Positions 1 to 10,041 are shown, counted from the first letter of the stretch. The stretch: 64,000 nt of DNA from an uncultured Chloroflexia bacterium (GCA_963813535.1 CAWEZH010000002.1:512001-576000); one strand, 5' to 3'. The notes: a model not told the origin generated them from the sequence alone. Translations and numbers: made by a program.

Positions 1-78
1 GCCGTGCCGGCCGGCGGTGGGGTCCGCCCGCAGCGGGCGCCCGCCGACGACACCGACCTCGACGACCTGCCGTTCTGA
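1..78 (+). CDS. ssb: 3' end of single-stranded DNA-binding protein (partial)
   Basis: Frame 1 reads AVPAGGGVRPQRAPADDTDLDDLPF*. DDLPF is the canonical SSB acidic tip, and the position upstream of rpsR fits the rpsF-ssb-rpsR order. Confidence 0.9.
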   Translation, partial: AVPAGGGVRPQRAPADDTDLDDLPF

Positions 79-95
79 CCGGAGATCCCTGACCT

Positions 96-362
96 ATGCC
101 GACCGCCCGCTCGCGCAAGCGCGACGACTTCTACCGCGACCGACGCCGCCGCAAGGTGTGCGCCTTCTGCGCGGACAAGACCGCCCAGATCGACTACAAG
201 GAGGTCAACCGCCTCCGTCGCTACCTCTCGGAGCGCGCCAAGATCGAGCCGCGCCGCAAGACCGGGACGTGCGCCGGCCACCAGCGCGAGCTGGCCGTGG
301 CCCTCAAGCGCGCCCGCCACGTGGCGCTGCTCCCGTACGCGCCCCAGCACCTGCGCCCCTAG
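96..362 (+). CDS. rpsR: 30S ribosomal protein S18 (zinc-ribbon type)
   Basis: [53 protein letters not shown]. Confidence 0.97.
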   Translation: MPTARSRKRDDFYRDRRRRKVCAFCADKTAQIDYKEVNRLRRYLSERAKIEPRRKTGTCAGHQRELAVALKRARHVALLPYAPQHLRP

Positions 363-389
363 GACGCACCGCAGCGCGACGTTCCTGAG

Positions 390-1157
390 GTGGAAGTCGG
401 GCTGTTGATGATCGCCGGCGGCGCGGCCGCCGGCATGTTCGGCTCCCTGCTGGGTCTCGGGGGCGGTGTCCTGATCGTCCCGCTGCTCACCCTCGTCTTC
501 GGGCTCGAGCTGCGCGAGGCCGTCGGCGTGTCGCTGGTCAGCGTGATCATGACCAGTAGCGTCGCGGCTGGGGTCTACCTCGAGCGCCACGTCGCGGACC
601 TCCGGCTCGGCATGCGGCTCGAGCTCTTCACGGCGATCGGCGCACTGGTCGGTGGTTCCATCGCCTTCCTCATCGACGAGCGGTGGCTGGCGCTCCTGTT
701 CGCCCTCCTGCTTGTCTACGTCGCCATCTCGATGCTGCGCGGCGGGGATCCGGTCGAGACTCCCGTGTCGGGGGAGATCCCGCCATACGAGGTGCGCAAC
801 CTTCCGATCGGCGTGGCGGGGGCGACCGGAGCCGGGGTCGTGTCGGCCATGGTCGGCGTCGGCGGAGGGATCATCAAGGTGCCGCTGATGCACCTGGCGA
901 TGGGCGTGCCGCTCCGGGTCTCGACGGCGACGAGCAACCTCATGGTCGGCATCACCGCGGCGGCCAGTGCGGTCATCTACGTGATCCACGGCGAGGTCGA
1001 TCCGTACGTCGCCGGTCCGACGGCGATCGGCGTCTTCCTTGGCGCGAGCGTGGGCTCGCGGATCGCGCATCGGATCGACATCCGGATCCTGCGGTGGCTG
1101 TTCGTGGTGGTCCTGCTCTACACGGCCGTGCAGATGCTCCTGCGGGTGGTCGGGTGA
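390..1157 (+). CDS. TauE/SafE family sulfite exporter-like membrane protein
   Basis: Duplicated GLGGG/GVGGG..VP motifs, multiple TM helices, ATSNLM motif. Confidence 0.88.
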   Translation: MEVGLLMIAGGAAAGMFGSLLGLGGGVLIVPLLTLVFGLELREAVGVSLVSVIMTSSVAAGVYLERHVADLRLGMRLELFTAIGALVGGSIAFLIDERWLALLFALLLVYVAISMLRGGDPVETPVSGEIPPYEVRNLPIGVAGATGAGVVSAMVGVGGGIIKVPLMHLAMGVPLRVSTATSNLMVGITAAASAVIYVIHGEVDPYVAGPTAIGVFLGASVGSRIAHRIDIRILRWLFVVVLLYTAVQMLLRVVG

Positions 1158-1498
1158 CGCCGTTCGACCGGGCCATCGGACGCTTGCTGATCGTCGTCAC
1201 CTACGTGGCGAGCGTGCTGTTGCTCATCGGCGTGACGCTGATGGTGGCGGGCGGGATCTCGCCGCTGAGCGGCGGCCCCGGACTGGACCCCAGCGCGCTC
1301 GCATCCGACCTGCGTTCGCTGCAGCCGGCCGGGTTCCTGTGGCTCGGGCTCATCGCGGTCATCGCCACCCCGATCAGCCGCGTGGTGGCCGCGGCGATCG
1401 CGTTCGGTCGCGCGGGGGACCGGCAGATGGTGGCCGTCGCCCTGGGCATCCTCGCGGTGATCGCCGTCAGCATCACGACGGCGCTGGTGGCCGGCTGA
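1154..1498 (+). CDS. DUF1634-like small membrane protein
   Basis: GTGA overlap with the TauE stop; 3 hydrophobic helices with a LGL..IATP..RV motif; the usual partner of TauE. Confidence 0.75.
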   Translation: MTPFDRAIGRLLIVVTYVASVLLLIGVTLMVAGGISPLSGGPGLDPSALASDLRSLQPAGFLWLGLIAVIATPISRVVAAAIAFGRAGDRQMVAVALGILAVIAVSITTALVAG

Positions 1499-1536
1499 GC
1501 ACGGCCTGCCAGTCGGGAGCACGCCGGAGCGCACGC

Positions 1537-1542
1537 TATACT
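1537..1542 (+). promoter_or_regulatory. putative sigma70-type -10 element (TATACT) for ilvE
   Basis: AT-rich hexamer in a GC-rich intergenic region, about 60 nt upstream of the ATG. Confidence 0.55.
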
Positions 1543-1604
1543 CGGCCGACCTTGCAAGGCCCCGCGCGAGCGCATCGCGCCCGTCACGCAGGAGCGCGCC
1601 GCAC

Positions 1605-2606
1605 ATGACGACGGAGACCACGGAGACCACGGTGGGTAGCGAGGCCGGGACGCCGGCTCCGGCGACCCACCACGCCCCGACACCGGGCAGCCTCGATGAC
1701 CTGATCTGCTATTTCGAGGGCGATTTCGTCCCGATGAAGGACGCCAAGGTCAGCATCATGACCCACGCGTTCATGTACGGGACCGCGACGTTCGAGGGGA
1801 TCCGGGCCTACTGGAACGAGGAGCAGGGCACGCTCTACGGTCTGAAGGTCCGCGAGCACGTCGAGCGCATCCGGCAGTCGTGTCGGATCCTGCTCATGAA
1901 GGACGTCCCGTCGGTCGACGAGCTGACCCGATTGATCGTCGAGACGGTGCGCCGGAACGGCTTCCGCGAGGATGTCTACATCCGCCCGTCGTTCTACAAG
2001 TCGACCAAGGCGATCGGCGTGCGCCTCCACGACCTCGACAACGAGCTGTACATCATCACGTTGCCGTTCGGGAACTACATCGACACCGCCAACGGGGTGC
2101 GCCTCATGACCTCGTCGTGGCGACGGAACGCCGATGAGGCACTGCCCGCTCGGGGCAAGATCGTCGGCGGCTACGTCAACATGGCGTTCCAGAAGTCGGA
2201 AGCCGAGCTCAACGGCTTCGACGAGGCGGTCGTGTTGACCGCCGGTGGTCATGTGAACGAATCGTCCGCCGCGAACATCTTCGTGATCCGCGACGGCGTG
2301 GCGCTGACCCCGCCCGTCAGCGACGACCTGCTCGAAGGCGTCACGCGCAAGGCCCTGATGGAGCTGATGCGGAACGAAGGCATCGAGACCGCCGAGCGGT
2401 CGATCGACCGGTCCGAGCTCTATGTCGCCGACGAGATCTTCGTCTGTGGCACGGGCGTGCAGGTGTCGCCGGTCGTCGAGGTCGACCATCGGCCCGTCGG
2501 GTCCGGCGAGGTCGGCCCGGTGGCCCGTCTCGTGCGCGACCGCTACTTCGATGCGGTTCGCGGCCGCCTGCCGGCGTACCGGCACTGGCTGACGCCGATC
2601 GAGTAG
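1605..2606 (+). CDS. ilvE: branched-chain amino acid aminotransferase (PLP fold IV)
   Basis: HAFMYGTATFEGIRAY, RGKIVGGY, ESSAANIF, LEGVTR, EIFVCGT. Confidence 0.93.
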   Translation: MTTETTETTVGSEAGTPAPATHHAPTPGSLDDLICYFEGDFVPMKDAKVSIMTHAFMYGTATFEGIRAYWNEEQGTLYGLKVREHVERIRQSCRILLMKDVPSVDELTRLIVETVRRNGFREDVYIRPSFYKSTKAIGVRLHDLDNELYIITLPFGNYIDTANGVRLMTSSWRRNADEALPARGKIVGGYVNMAFQKSEAELNGFDEAVVLTAGGHVNESSAANIFVIRDGVALTPPVSDDLLEGVTRKALMELMRNEGIETAERSIDRSELYVADEIFVCGTGVQVSPVVEVDHRPVGSGEVGPVARLVRDRYFDAVRGRLPAYRHWLTPIE

Positions 2607-2614
2607 AGGCGCCG

Positions 2615-4418
2615 TCAGGACGACGGCGGCGGCTCCAGCTCGGGTGTCGAGCGCCCGACTGGTGATCACGACCTCGACCGGGATGGCCGGGTCAGCCTTG
2701 GTCTTGACCTTCACGTCGAACCGCTTCTCGAGATAGGCGATCGTCGCCGGGATCTTGGTCTCCGCGCCGTTGTAGACCGTGATCACGGTCTTGGCCGGCA
2801 CCGAACCCTTCGGCTTGCCGCGCGGCGCCGAGGCGGCCAGGCCGTGGTACTCGAGGTAGCCGGCGATGCGGGCGCCACGGTTGGTCACCGACGTGCCGTT
2901 GAGGACCCACAGGTGGGCCCCTTCTGCGGCGAGCGCCTGGCGCAGGGCCTCGTCGCGTGGATCGCCCGAGAACGCGTTCTTCACCGCCTGCTTGATGCGC
3001 GTGATGTTCGGCAGCACGACGCAGCCGCGCGAGTCCTGACATGTGTCCTGCGAGTACAGCGGGGGCGCGAAGACGAAGGACCGGATGTTGGCCGTGTCGA
3101 CCGCGGAGGCGAGACCGAGCAGCTCGTCGAGCTGGTCGACCGGGATGTCGGTGCGGACGGCTGACTTGAGCGCGGCGACGAGCTCCGGCAGGCGCGGGAC
3201 GAGCGTCTGGGGGTCGGCCTGTTCGCGCAGCGAGAGGAGAACGCGCTGCTGACGGGCGCCGCGGTCGAAGTCGGTCGAGGTGTGCCGCGAACGCGCGTAG
3301 CGCAGGGCCTGCTCGCCGTCCATGTGCTGCAGACCGCTCGGGATGTAGAGGCGCTGGGTGCGCCCGGTCGTGCCGGGGAATTCGTCGTCGCTGACCGGGA
3401 CCTGCACGTTGATGGTCACGCCACCGACGGCGTCGACGACTTTCTTGAAGCCGTCGAAGTTGACCTCGACGAAGTAGCGGATCTTGAGGTCGTACAACTC
3501 CCCGAGGGTCGACTTGAGGGCGTTGTAGCCGCGCGTCCGGTCGTTGCCGGGCCACAGGTCCGACCGTCGCCGGTTCTGGGCGAAGAACGAGTTGATCTTG
3601 TTGCCGTACGAGCGACCCCACACGCGCTGGGCGGGGCCGGGCGGGACCGGCACATCGACCGTATCTCGCGGCAGGCTGAACATCGCGACCTGCTTCGAGA
3701 CGGGGTCGATGGACACGGTGATGAGGGTGTCCGTGTTATGGCCACCCCGCTGTTCGTCCGAACCGATGAGCAGGATGTTCAGCCGTTCTCGGCCGTCCCA
3801 TGGCGGGATCTCGACGCTCGGCACGGGTGTGCCCACCAACGTCGGGTCAGGGGTCGGGGGCTCGCTCGGTTCGATGGTCTCGTCGACAGGCCCGCTGTCG
3901 GCCGGCGTCGGGGAGGCCACCGGATCGCAATCTGTGGCGCTCGCTTCGCCGACGAAGACGCAGCTCGCGAAGTCCTGGGCCAGGAGGTCCCAGCGCGCGA
4001 CGACGACGTGGGCAGTCGCCATCACCAGCACGACCGCGGCCAGGCCCGCGATCGAGAGCGGGTTACGGGGCAGCCGGGCCCGGCCCAGGCGGCCGTCACC
4101 CGACGCGGCGTGGGCGTTGAGGTACTCGGTGACCCGGTACGCGTCGATGATCGCGACGAGCCGGTAGACCAGTGCGAGCAGGTTGAACACGAAGATCGCC
4201 CCGACGAGCTGGAGGAACACCTCCAGCAGCGCGAATCGATCCAGTCGGAGGACGATCCCGCCGGTCAGCGCCAGGAGCAGGATGGGTGGCGCAGCGAACA
4301 TCAGGGCGCGCGTCGGCGCACCCGCGTACAGGTGTCCGAGGCCGGGGAAGATCAGGGAGAGGAACGCCGCTGTGAAGGGCGACCGGGCGCGCGGTCGCGC
4401 CTCCTGCGGGTTCTGCAT
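2615..4418 (-). CDS. LCP (LytR-CpsA-Psr) family cell-wall ligase with N-terminal TM region and LytR_C domain; apparent 1-nt frameshift near 2660
   Basis: NILLIGSD, NTDT, SLPRD, KIN, YARSRH..DFDRGARQQ; LytR_C VLNGT...LEYHG. Removing one base at about 2660 gives ...EVVITVGRSTPELEPPPSS* ending at 2615, just past the ilvE stop. Confidence 0.85.
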
Positions 4419-4424
4419 CGCGCG

Positions 4425-4431
4425 TAGGATA
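4425..4431. promoter_or_regulatory. putative bidirectional -10 element (TAGGAT on +, TATCCT on -)
   Basis: TAGGATA between the divergent LCP gene and ileS; the minus hexamer lies about 8 nt from the LCP ATG. Confidence 0.5.
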
Positions 4432-4504
4432 CTCGGACTCGCTCGCGGGCCCCGCTCAGGCCGTGCCCGGGCCTTCGCCCTCGCCCGCCCATCGCCGGAG
4501 ATTC

Positions 4505-7500
4505 ATGTTCCGACCCGTCACCTCGAAGCCCGATCTGGTCGCCCAGGAACACGAGTTGCTCGAGACGTGGCGTGATCGCCGGACCTTCGCTCGACTGCGG
4601 GCGCAGAACGCGGGTGGACCGCGCTGGAGCTTTCTCGATGGGCCGATCACGGCCAACAATCCGATGGGGGTGCACCACGCCTGGGGCCGGGCCTACAAGG
4701 ACCTGTACCAGCGCTTCCACGCCATGCTCGGTGAGGACCAGCGCTACCAGAACGGGTTCGACTGCCAGGGCCTGTGGGTCGAGGTCAACGTCGAACGCGA
4801 CCTCGGCTTCACGTCGAAGCGCGATATCGAGGCGTTCGGTATCGACCGCTTCGTCACGCTCTGCAAACAACGCGTCCTGACCTACGCCGCACGCCAGACC
4901 GAGCAGTCGATCCGCCTCGGCATGTGGATGGACTGGAACGACCCCGACGAGCTGCGCCGGCTCAACGACCTTCTGGGCAGCGACCCCTCATCGATCACGA
5001 CCATCCAGGGCGCCGAGGGTCCTGTCACCGACACCGTGGAGATGCTGGTCGGCCGGCTCGGGATGCCCGAGACCGGCGGCAGCTACTTCACGTTCAGCAA
5101 TGAGAACAACGACCTGATCTGGGGATTCCTCGCGGAATGCCATCGGCGCGGCTGGCTGTACAAGGGCCACGACACGATGCCGTGGTGCGCCCGCTGCGGC
5201 ACCGGCCTGTCGCAGATGGAGATGAACGAGGGCTACCAGGACCGCGAGGATCCGGGCCTGACCATCAGACTCCCGCTCGTCGACCGGCCCGGCGAGGCTC
5301 TCCTCGTCTGGACGACGACGCCGTGGACCCTGACGTCGAACGTCGCGGCGGCCGTCGGCCCGAACCTGCGCTATGTGCGCGTGCGCCAGGGAGACGAGAC
5401 CTTCTGGTTGGGCAAGGGCACGCTCAAGACCGCGCTGGAGGGCGCGTTCGAGGTGGTCGATGAGCTCCCCGGCAGCGATCTCGTCGGCTGGCGCTACGAG
5501 GGACCGTTCGACGACCTGCCGGCCGTCCAGGACGCATTCCAGCCGAGCGGGTACGAGCACCGCGTCGTGCCCTGGGACGAGGTCGGCGAAGACGAAGGGA
5601 CGGGCATCGTCCACATCGCGCCGGGCTGCGGCGCGGAGGACTTCCAGCTCGGCAAGGCGCTTGGTCTGCCGGTCATCGCTCCGATCGATGAGTCCGGCAT
5701 CTTCGTGGACGGGTTCGGCCAGCTCAGCACCCGCGACGTCCGCGACGTGACCGAGCCGATCGTCGATCACCTGCGGCGCACGGACCGGTTCTACCGCCTC
5801 GAGCCGTACACGCACCGCTACCCGCACTGCTGGCGGTGTGGCACACCGCTCGTCTTCCGCCTCGTCGACGAGTGGTTCATCAGCATGGGCCCGGTGTATG
5901 ACCAGCCGCGCGACACGCTCACCGCCGACCAGCTCGACGGCAGCCTCCGATACCAGATCATGGAGGTGGTCGACCGGATTCGCTGGATCCCGGATTTCGG
6001 CTATGAGCGGGAGCTCGACTGGCTCCGGAACATGCACGACTGGATGATCAGCAAGAAGCGCTACTGGGGGCTGGCGCTGCCGATCTACGACTGCGGAGCG
6101 TGCGGCACGGTCGAGGTGATCGGTGGTCGCGAGGAACTGCGTGAACGTGCCGTCGAGGGTTGGGAGGCGTTCGACGGCCATACGCCACATCGACCGTGGG
6201 TCGACGAGGTCAGGATCGCCTGCCCGAAGTGCGGCGCCCCGGTCGAGCGGATCAAGGACGTCGGCAACCCCTGGCTCGATGCCGGGATCGTGCCGTTCTC
6301 GACGCTCCACCACCGCGAGGACCCGGACTACTGGGCGCAGTGGTTCCCGGCGGACTTCATCACCGAGAGCTTCCCGGGCCAGTTCCGGAACTGGTTCTAC
6401 TCGATGCTCGCGATGTCGACCGTCCTGCGTCGCGAGGAGCCGTTCAAGACGATCTTCGGGTACGCCCTCGTGTTCGGCGAGGACGGGCGCCCGATGCACA
6501 AGAGCTGGGGCAACGCGATCGACTTCGACGAAGCCGCCGAGCGGATGGGCGTCGACGTCATGCGCTGGATGTTCGCCAAGGCGCGGCCCGAGGAGAACAT
6601 CCTCTTCGGCTGGCATGCGGCCGACGAGGCCCGCCGCGAGCTGCTGGTCCTCTGGAACGTGTACGCCTTCCTCGTGACGTATGCGCGGCTGGCCGGATGG
6701 GCGCCCGCCGAGGACCAGGCCACTCCAAGCGCCGAGCCGAGCCCTCGGAGCACGAGCTCGCAGGGTCCGATCCTCGACCGTTGGATCCTGTCGCGGGCGG
6801 CCTGGCTCGCAGACGAGGTCGGTGCGCGATTGGCGGATTACGACGCCCTGGGTGCGAGCCGGGCGATCAGCACGTTCATCGACGACATCTCGACGTGGTA
6901 CCTGCGTCGATCCCGTGACCGGATGCGCCCCGGAGCCGAGCCACGTGCTCGCGACACGGCGTTCGCGACGCTGCACGCGGCCTTGGTCAGCCTGTCGCGG
7001 ACGCTCGCGCCGATCCTGCCATTCCTGTCCGAGACGATGTACCAGAACCTGGTCGTGTCGGTGGCCCCATCCCGGCCCGACAGCGTCCATCTGACGCGCT
7101 GGCCGGCCCCCGAGATCGCGGCGCACCGGGATGTCGAGATCGAGCGGGCGATGGCGACCGCCCGATCCGCCGTCGAGCTCGCGCGGACGCTGCGGGGCGC
7201 CAGTCGCCTCAAGACGCGCCAGCCATTGGCCAGGGCGTGGCTCGCGGTGCCCGGCGGTGACGGCGTCCTCGGGGCCGAGCTCCTCGACACCATCGCGTCC
7301 GAGATCAACGTGAAGGCCGTCGAACTGATCAAGGACGGATCGGAGCTCGTGGATCGCCGCGTCAAGGTGCTGCTGCCCAAGGTCGGAAAGCGGCTCGGCC
7401 CGGCCATCCCGGCCGTGATGGCGGCCGCGCGGGCCGGCGACGTCACGTTCCGCGACGACGGGTCGGTCACGATCGCCGGCGAGACGCTGGCGCCCGAGGA

Positions 7501-7846
7501 AGTCGAGATCCAGGCGACGCCGCGCCCGGGAACGGCCGTGGCGGAGGATGATGGACTGGTGATGGTGCTCGACACCGAGTTGACCGACGCGCTCCGTGCC
7601 GAGGGCGACGCACGGGAGCTCGCGCGCGCGGTGCAGGACCTGCGCCGCGAGGCCGGCCTGGAGCTCGACGACCGCATCGAGCTGTGGGTCCAGGGCGCCC
7701 CAGCGGCGGTGGCCGCGCACCTTCCAGGGGTCGCCGAGGACACGCTCGCGGAGCTGCGCGAGGGCGACATCCCTGTCGATGCCCAGCGGGCGACGGTCGA
7801 ACTCGACGGCGGTCCGGCGACGATCGCGCTCCGGAGGCTCGTTTGA
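4505..7846 (+). CDS. ileS: isoleucyl-tRNA synthetase, type 2
   Basis: DGPITANNPMGVHH, GFDCQGL, WTTTPWTL, GTGIVHIAP, DWMISKKRYWG, QFRNWF, PMHKS, and an IleRS2 C-terminal EG.ARE..R.VQ..R domain; start placed at ATG 4505 after GGAG. Confidence 0.96.
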   Translation: MFRPVTSKPDLVAQEHELLETWRDRRTFARLRAQNAGGPRWSFLDGPITANNPMGVHHAWGRAYKDLYQRFHAMLGEDQRYQNGFDCQGLWVEVNVERDLGFTSKRDIEAFGIDRFVTLCKQRVLTYAARQTEQSIRLGMWMDWNDPDELRRLNDLLGSDPSSITTIQGAEGPVTDTVEMLVGRLGMPETGGSYFTFSNENNDLIWGFLAECHRRGWLYKGHDTMPWCARCGTGLSQMEMNEGYQDREDPGLTIRLPLVDRPGEALLVWTTTPWTLTSNVAAAVGPNLRYVRVRQGDETFWLGKGTLKTALEGAFEVVDELPGSDLVGWRYEGPFDDLPAVQDAFQPSGYEHRVVPWDEVGEDEGTGIVHIAPGCGAEDFQLGKALGLPVIAPIDESGIFVDGFGQLSTRDVRDVTEPIVDHLRRTDRFYRLEPYTHRYPHCWRCGTPLVFRLVDEWFISMGPVYDQPRDTLTADQLDGSLRYQIMEVVDRIRWIPDFGYERELDWLRNMHDWMISKKRYWGLALPIYDCGACGTVEVIGGREELRERAVEGWEAFDGHTPHRPWVDEVRIACPKCGAPVERIKDVGNPWLDAGIVPFSTLHHREDPDYWAQWFPADFITESFPGQFRNWFYSMLAMSTVLRREEPFKTIFGYALVFGEDGRPMHKSWGNAIDFDEAAERMGVDVMRWMFAKARPEENILFGWHAADEARRELLVLWNVYAFLVTYARLAGWAPAEDQATPSAEPSPRSTSSQGPILDRWILSRAAWLADEVGARLADYDALGASRAISTFIDDISTWYLRRSRDRMRPGAEPRARDTAFATLHAALVSLSRTLAPILPFLSETMYQNLVVSVAPSRPDSVHLTRWPAPEIAAHRDVEIERAMATARSAVELARTLRGASRLKTRQPLARAWLAVPGGDGVLGAELLDTIASEINVKAVELIKDGSELVDRRVKVLLPKVGKRLGPAIPAVMAAARAGDVTFRDDGSVTIAGETLAPEEVEIQATPRPGTAVAEDDGLVMVLDTELTDALRAEGDARELARAVQDLRREAGLELDDRIELWVQGAPAAVAAHLPGVAEDTLAELREGDIPVDAQRATVELDGGPATIALRRLV

Positions 7847-7851
7847 GTGCG

Positions 7852-8379
7852 ATGACCGCCCAGACGGCGCGGGTCGCGACACAGGCCCGCGCCCGATGGC
7901 CGATCTTCCTGGGTCTGGCCGCGCTCGTCCTCGTCCTCGACCAGCTCACCAAAGCGTGGCTGGTCTCGTTCCTGGCGCCGGGCGAACGGGTCGAGGTGAT
8001 CGGCGACTACGTGCGGCTGATCCATTCGCAGAACAACGGCGCGCTCTTCGGGCTCTTCCGCGATCAGGCGCTGCTGTTCGCCGTCATCTCCATCGGTGTC
8101 GTCGGCGCGATCGTGTGGTTCCACCACACCTCGGGCCGGAATACGCTTCTCTCAGTGGCGCTCGGGCTGCTGCTCGGAGGCGCGCTCGGCAACATGGCCG
8201 ACCAATTCCGCATCGGCTACGTCGTCGACTTCGTGGATGTCGGTCTCGGCGATCTCCGGTTCTATACGTTCAACCTTGCCAATTCGGCGATCAGCCTCGC
8301 CATCCTGCTGTTGTTGATCAGTGCGTTCGTCACGAACCGTGACGAACGGCCACACGGCGCGGAGACGCCTGGTGGCTGA
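7852..8379 (+). CDS. lspA: lipoprotein signal peptidase II (FNxAD motif reads FNLAN)
   Basis: DQLTK, NNGALFG, GALGN, VVDF motifs; ileS-lspA-rluD synteny. Confidence 0.9.
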   Translation: MTAQTARVATQARARWPIFLGLAALVLVLDQLTKAWLVSFLAPGERVEVIGDYVRLIHSQNNGALFGLFRDQALLFAVISIGVVGAIVWFHHTSGRNTLLSVALGLLLGGALGNMADQFRIGYVVDFVDVGLGDLRFYTFNLANSAISLAILLLLISAFVTNRDERPHGAETPGG

Positions 8380-9331
8380 GGCCCCGATCGCCCCCGGCAT
8401 CCGGACCGTGCGGGTCCCCGACGGGATCGCCGGGCGGATCGACCGGTTCGTGGCCGACGCGACGGGCCTGTCCCGGAGCCACGTCCAGAAGCTCATCTCC
8501 GATGGACGGCTGACCGTCGATGGCATACCGGTTCGCGCGAATGCGCTTGTCGCGGCCGGGAGCGAGGTCCGGCTCGACGTCCCCGCGCCGATCGCCCTGG
8601 ATCTCGCTCCGGCGCCCGACATCCGGCTCGATGTCGTGTACGAGGACGACGACCTGCTGATCGTCGACAAGCCGGCCGGTCTGGTCGTCCATCCATCGCC
8701 AGGTCACCACGATGGCGACACGCTGGTGAATGCCCTCCTGGCGCGCGCGGGCGGCGCGGAGTACGGCGGCATCGCCGGAGTCGCGCGGCCGGGCATCGTC
8801 CACCGACTCGACCGGGACACGAGCGGGCTGCTGATGGTCGCCAAGCACGATGCCGCCCAGCATTCGCTGATGGCCCAGCTCAAAGCGCGTCGGATCCGCA
8901 AGACCTACCAGGCCCTGGTCGCCGGCAACGTGGCCGCCGCCGTCGGTCGCATCGAGGCGCCGATAGGTCGCGACCCGAAGCACCGGACGCGCATGGCGGT
9001 GGTGCCCGACGGACGCGCATCGGTCACCGGCTACCGCGTGCGTGAGCGGTTCGCGGGCTGGACGCTGCTGGAGCTTGACCTCGTCACCGGGCGGACGCAC
9101 CAGATCCGGGTCCACCTGGACGGCATCGGCCATCCGGTCGCCGGGGACCCGCTGTACGGGACCGGCACCTCCCGCCGCGGGCCGGATGGTCTCGAGCGGC
9201 TGTTCCTCCACGCCTGGCGGCTGGAGCTCGCGGCGCCGGGTGACGGCCACCTCATCCGAGCGACGGCGCCACTCCCAGATGCGCTCGAGTCGGTGCTCGA
9301 TGGGCTGCGCAGGGCCGAGACGGGCCGATGA
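8372..9331 (+). CDS. rluD: RluA/RluD family 23S rRNA pseudouridine synthase
   Basis: S4 domain RIDRF..SRS, DKPAGLVVHP, IVHRLDRDTSG, TGRTHQIRVH, GDPLYG. Confidence 0.92.
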   Translation: MAEAPIAPGIRTVRVPDGIAGRIDRFVADATGLSRSHVQKLISDGRLTVDGIPVRANALVAAGSEVRLDVPAPIALDLAPAPDIRLDVVYEDDDLLIVDKPAGLVVHPSPGHHDGDTLVNALLARAGGAEYGGIAGVARPGIVHRLDRDTSGLLMVAKHDAAQHSLMAQLKARRIRKTYQALVAGNVAAAVGRIEAPIGRDPKHRTRMAVVPDGRASVTGYRVRERFAGWTLLELDLVTGRTHQIRVHLDGIGHPVAGDPLYGTGTSRRGPDGLERLFLHAWRLELAAPGDGHLIRATAPLPDALESVLDGLRRAETGR

Positions 9332-10035
9332 CGCATCGCAGCGGCCGAGATCCGGAGCCGTCGGTGGTGGAGCCGCCGGACGTCACGCACGACCCGGGCC
9401 GACCGGACTTCGTCATCGAGGGTGCACCGGGGGCGATGCTCGTGATCATCTCGGGGCCGTCCGGTGTGGGCAAGGACACGATCATCGATGAGCTGCGCCG
9501 GCGGGAACTCGAGTCGGGACGCCAGGGCGAGCGCCATTACGTCGTGACCGTCACGACCCGAGCGCCGCGCGATGGTGAGATCGACAGGATCGACTACCAC
9601 TTCGTCGACCGCGACACCTTCATCCGGATGTGGCGTGCGCGCGGCTTCCTCGAGGCGAACGAGGTCCACGGCAACTACTACGGATCGCCGCGCGACCAGG
9701 TGCGCGAGGCGCTGCTGGCCGGCAAGGACGTGATCCTCAAGATCGACGTCCAGGGCGCCCAGATCGTAAAGGAGCAGGTGTCCGAGGCCCTGCTGATCTT
9801 CATCATCCCGCCCTCGCTCGAGACGCTGTTCGACCGACTGCGCGCACGCGCGACGGAGACCGCCGACGAGCTCGAGGTGCGCCAGCGCGACGCGGCGGTC
9901 GAGATCGCGCGGCAGGACGACTACGACCACGTCGTGGTGAACGAGACCGGCCAGGTCGAGCGCACCGCCGATCGGATCGAGGCGATCATCGCCGCGGAAC
10001 GCGCGGCGCACGCGGGCCGGCGGGTCCGCGTCTAG
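9328..10035 (+). CDS. gmk: guanylate kinase
   Basis: SGPSGVGKDT, TTRAPRDGE..DYHF, NYYGSP, IDVQGA. Confidence 0.96.
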   Translation: MTHRSGRDPEPSVVEPPDVTHDPGRPDFVIEGAPGAMLVIISGPSGVGKDTIIDELRRRELESGRQGERHYVVTVTTRAPRDGEIDRIDYHFVDRDTFIRMWRARGFLEANEVHGNYYGSPRDQVREALLAGKDVILKIDVQGAQIVKEQVSEALLIFIIPPSLETLFDRLRARATETADELEVRQRDAAVEIARQDDYDHVVVNETGQVERTADRIEAIIAAERAAHAGRRVRV

Positions 10036-10041
10036 ACCGGC

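Noticed and set aside
1584-2614. C-terminal third of the 944-aa LCP ORF as a real overlapping protein
   Set aside because: It is antisense to ilvE and explained by one frameshift at about 2660.
4419-4504. T-box riboswitch upstream of ileS
   Set aside because: The spacer is only about 85 nt and has no T-box consensus.
4988-7882. 964-aa minus-strand ORF, and similar long ORFs at 28237-30624, 50981-53221 and 57810-60521
   Set aside because: These are antisense shadows of ileS, smc, infB and pnp caused by high GC3 codon bias. They have no recognisable motifs.
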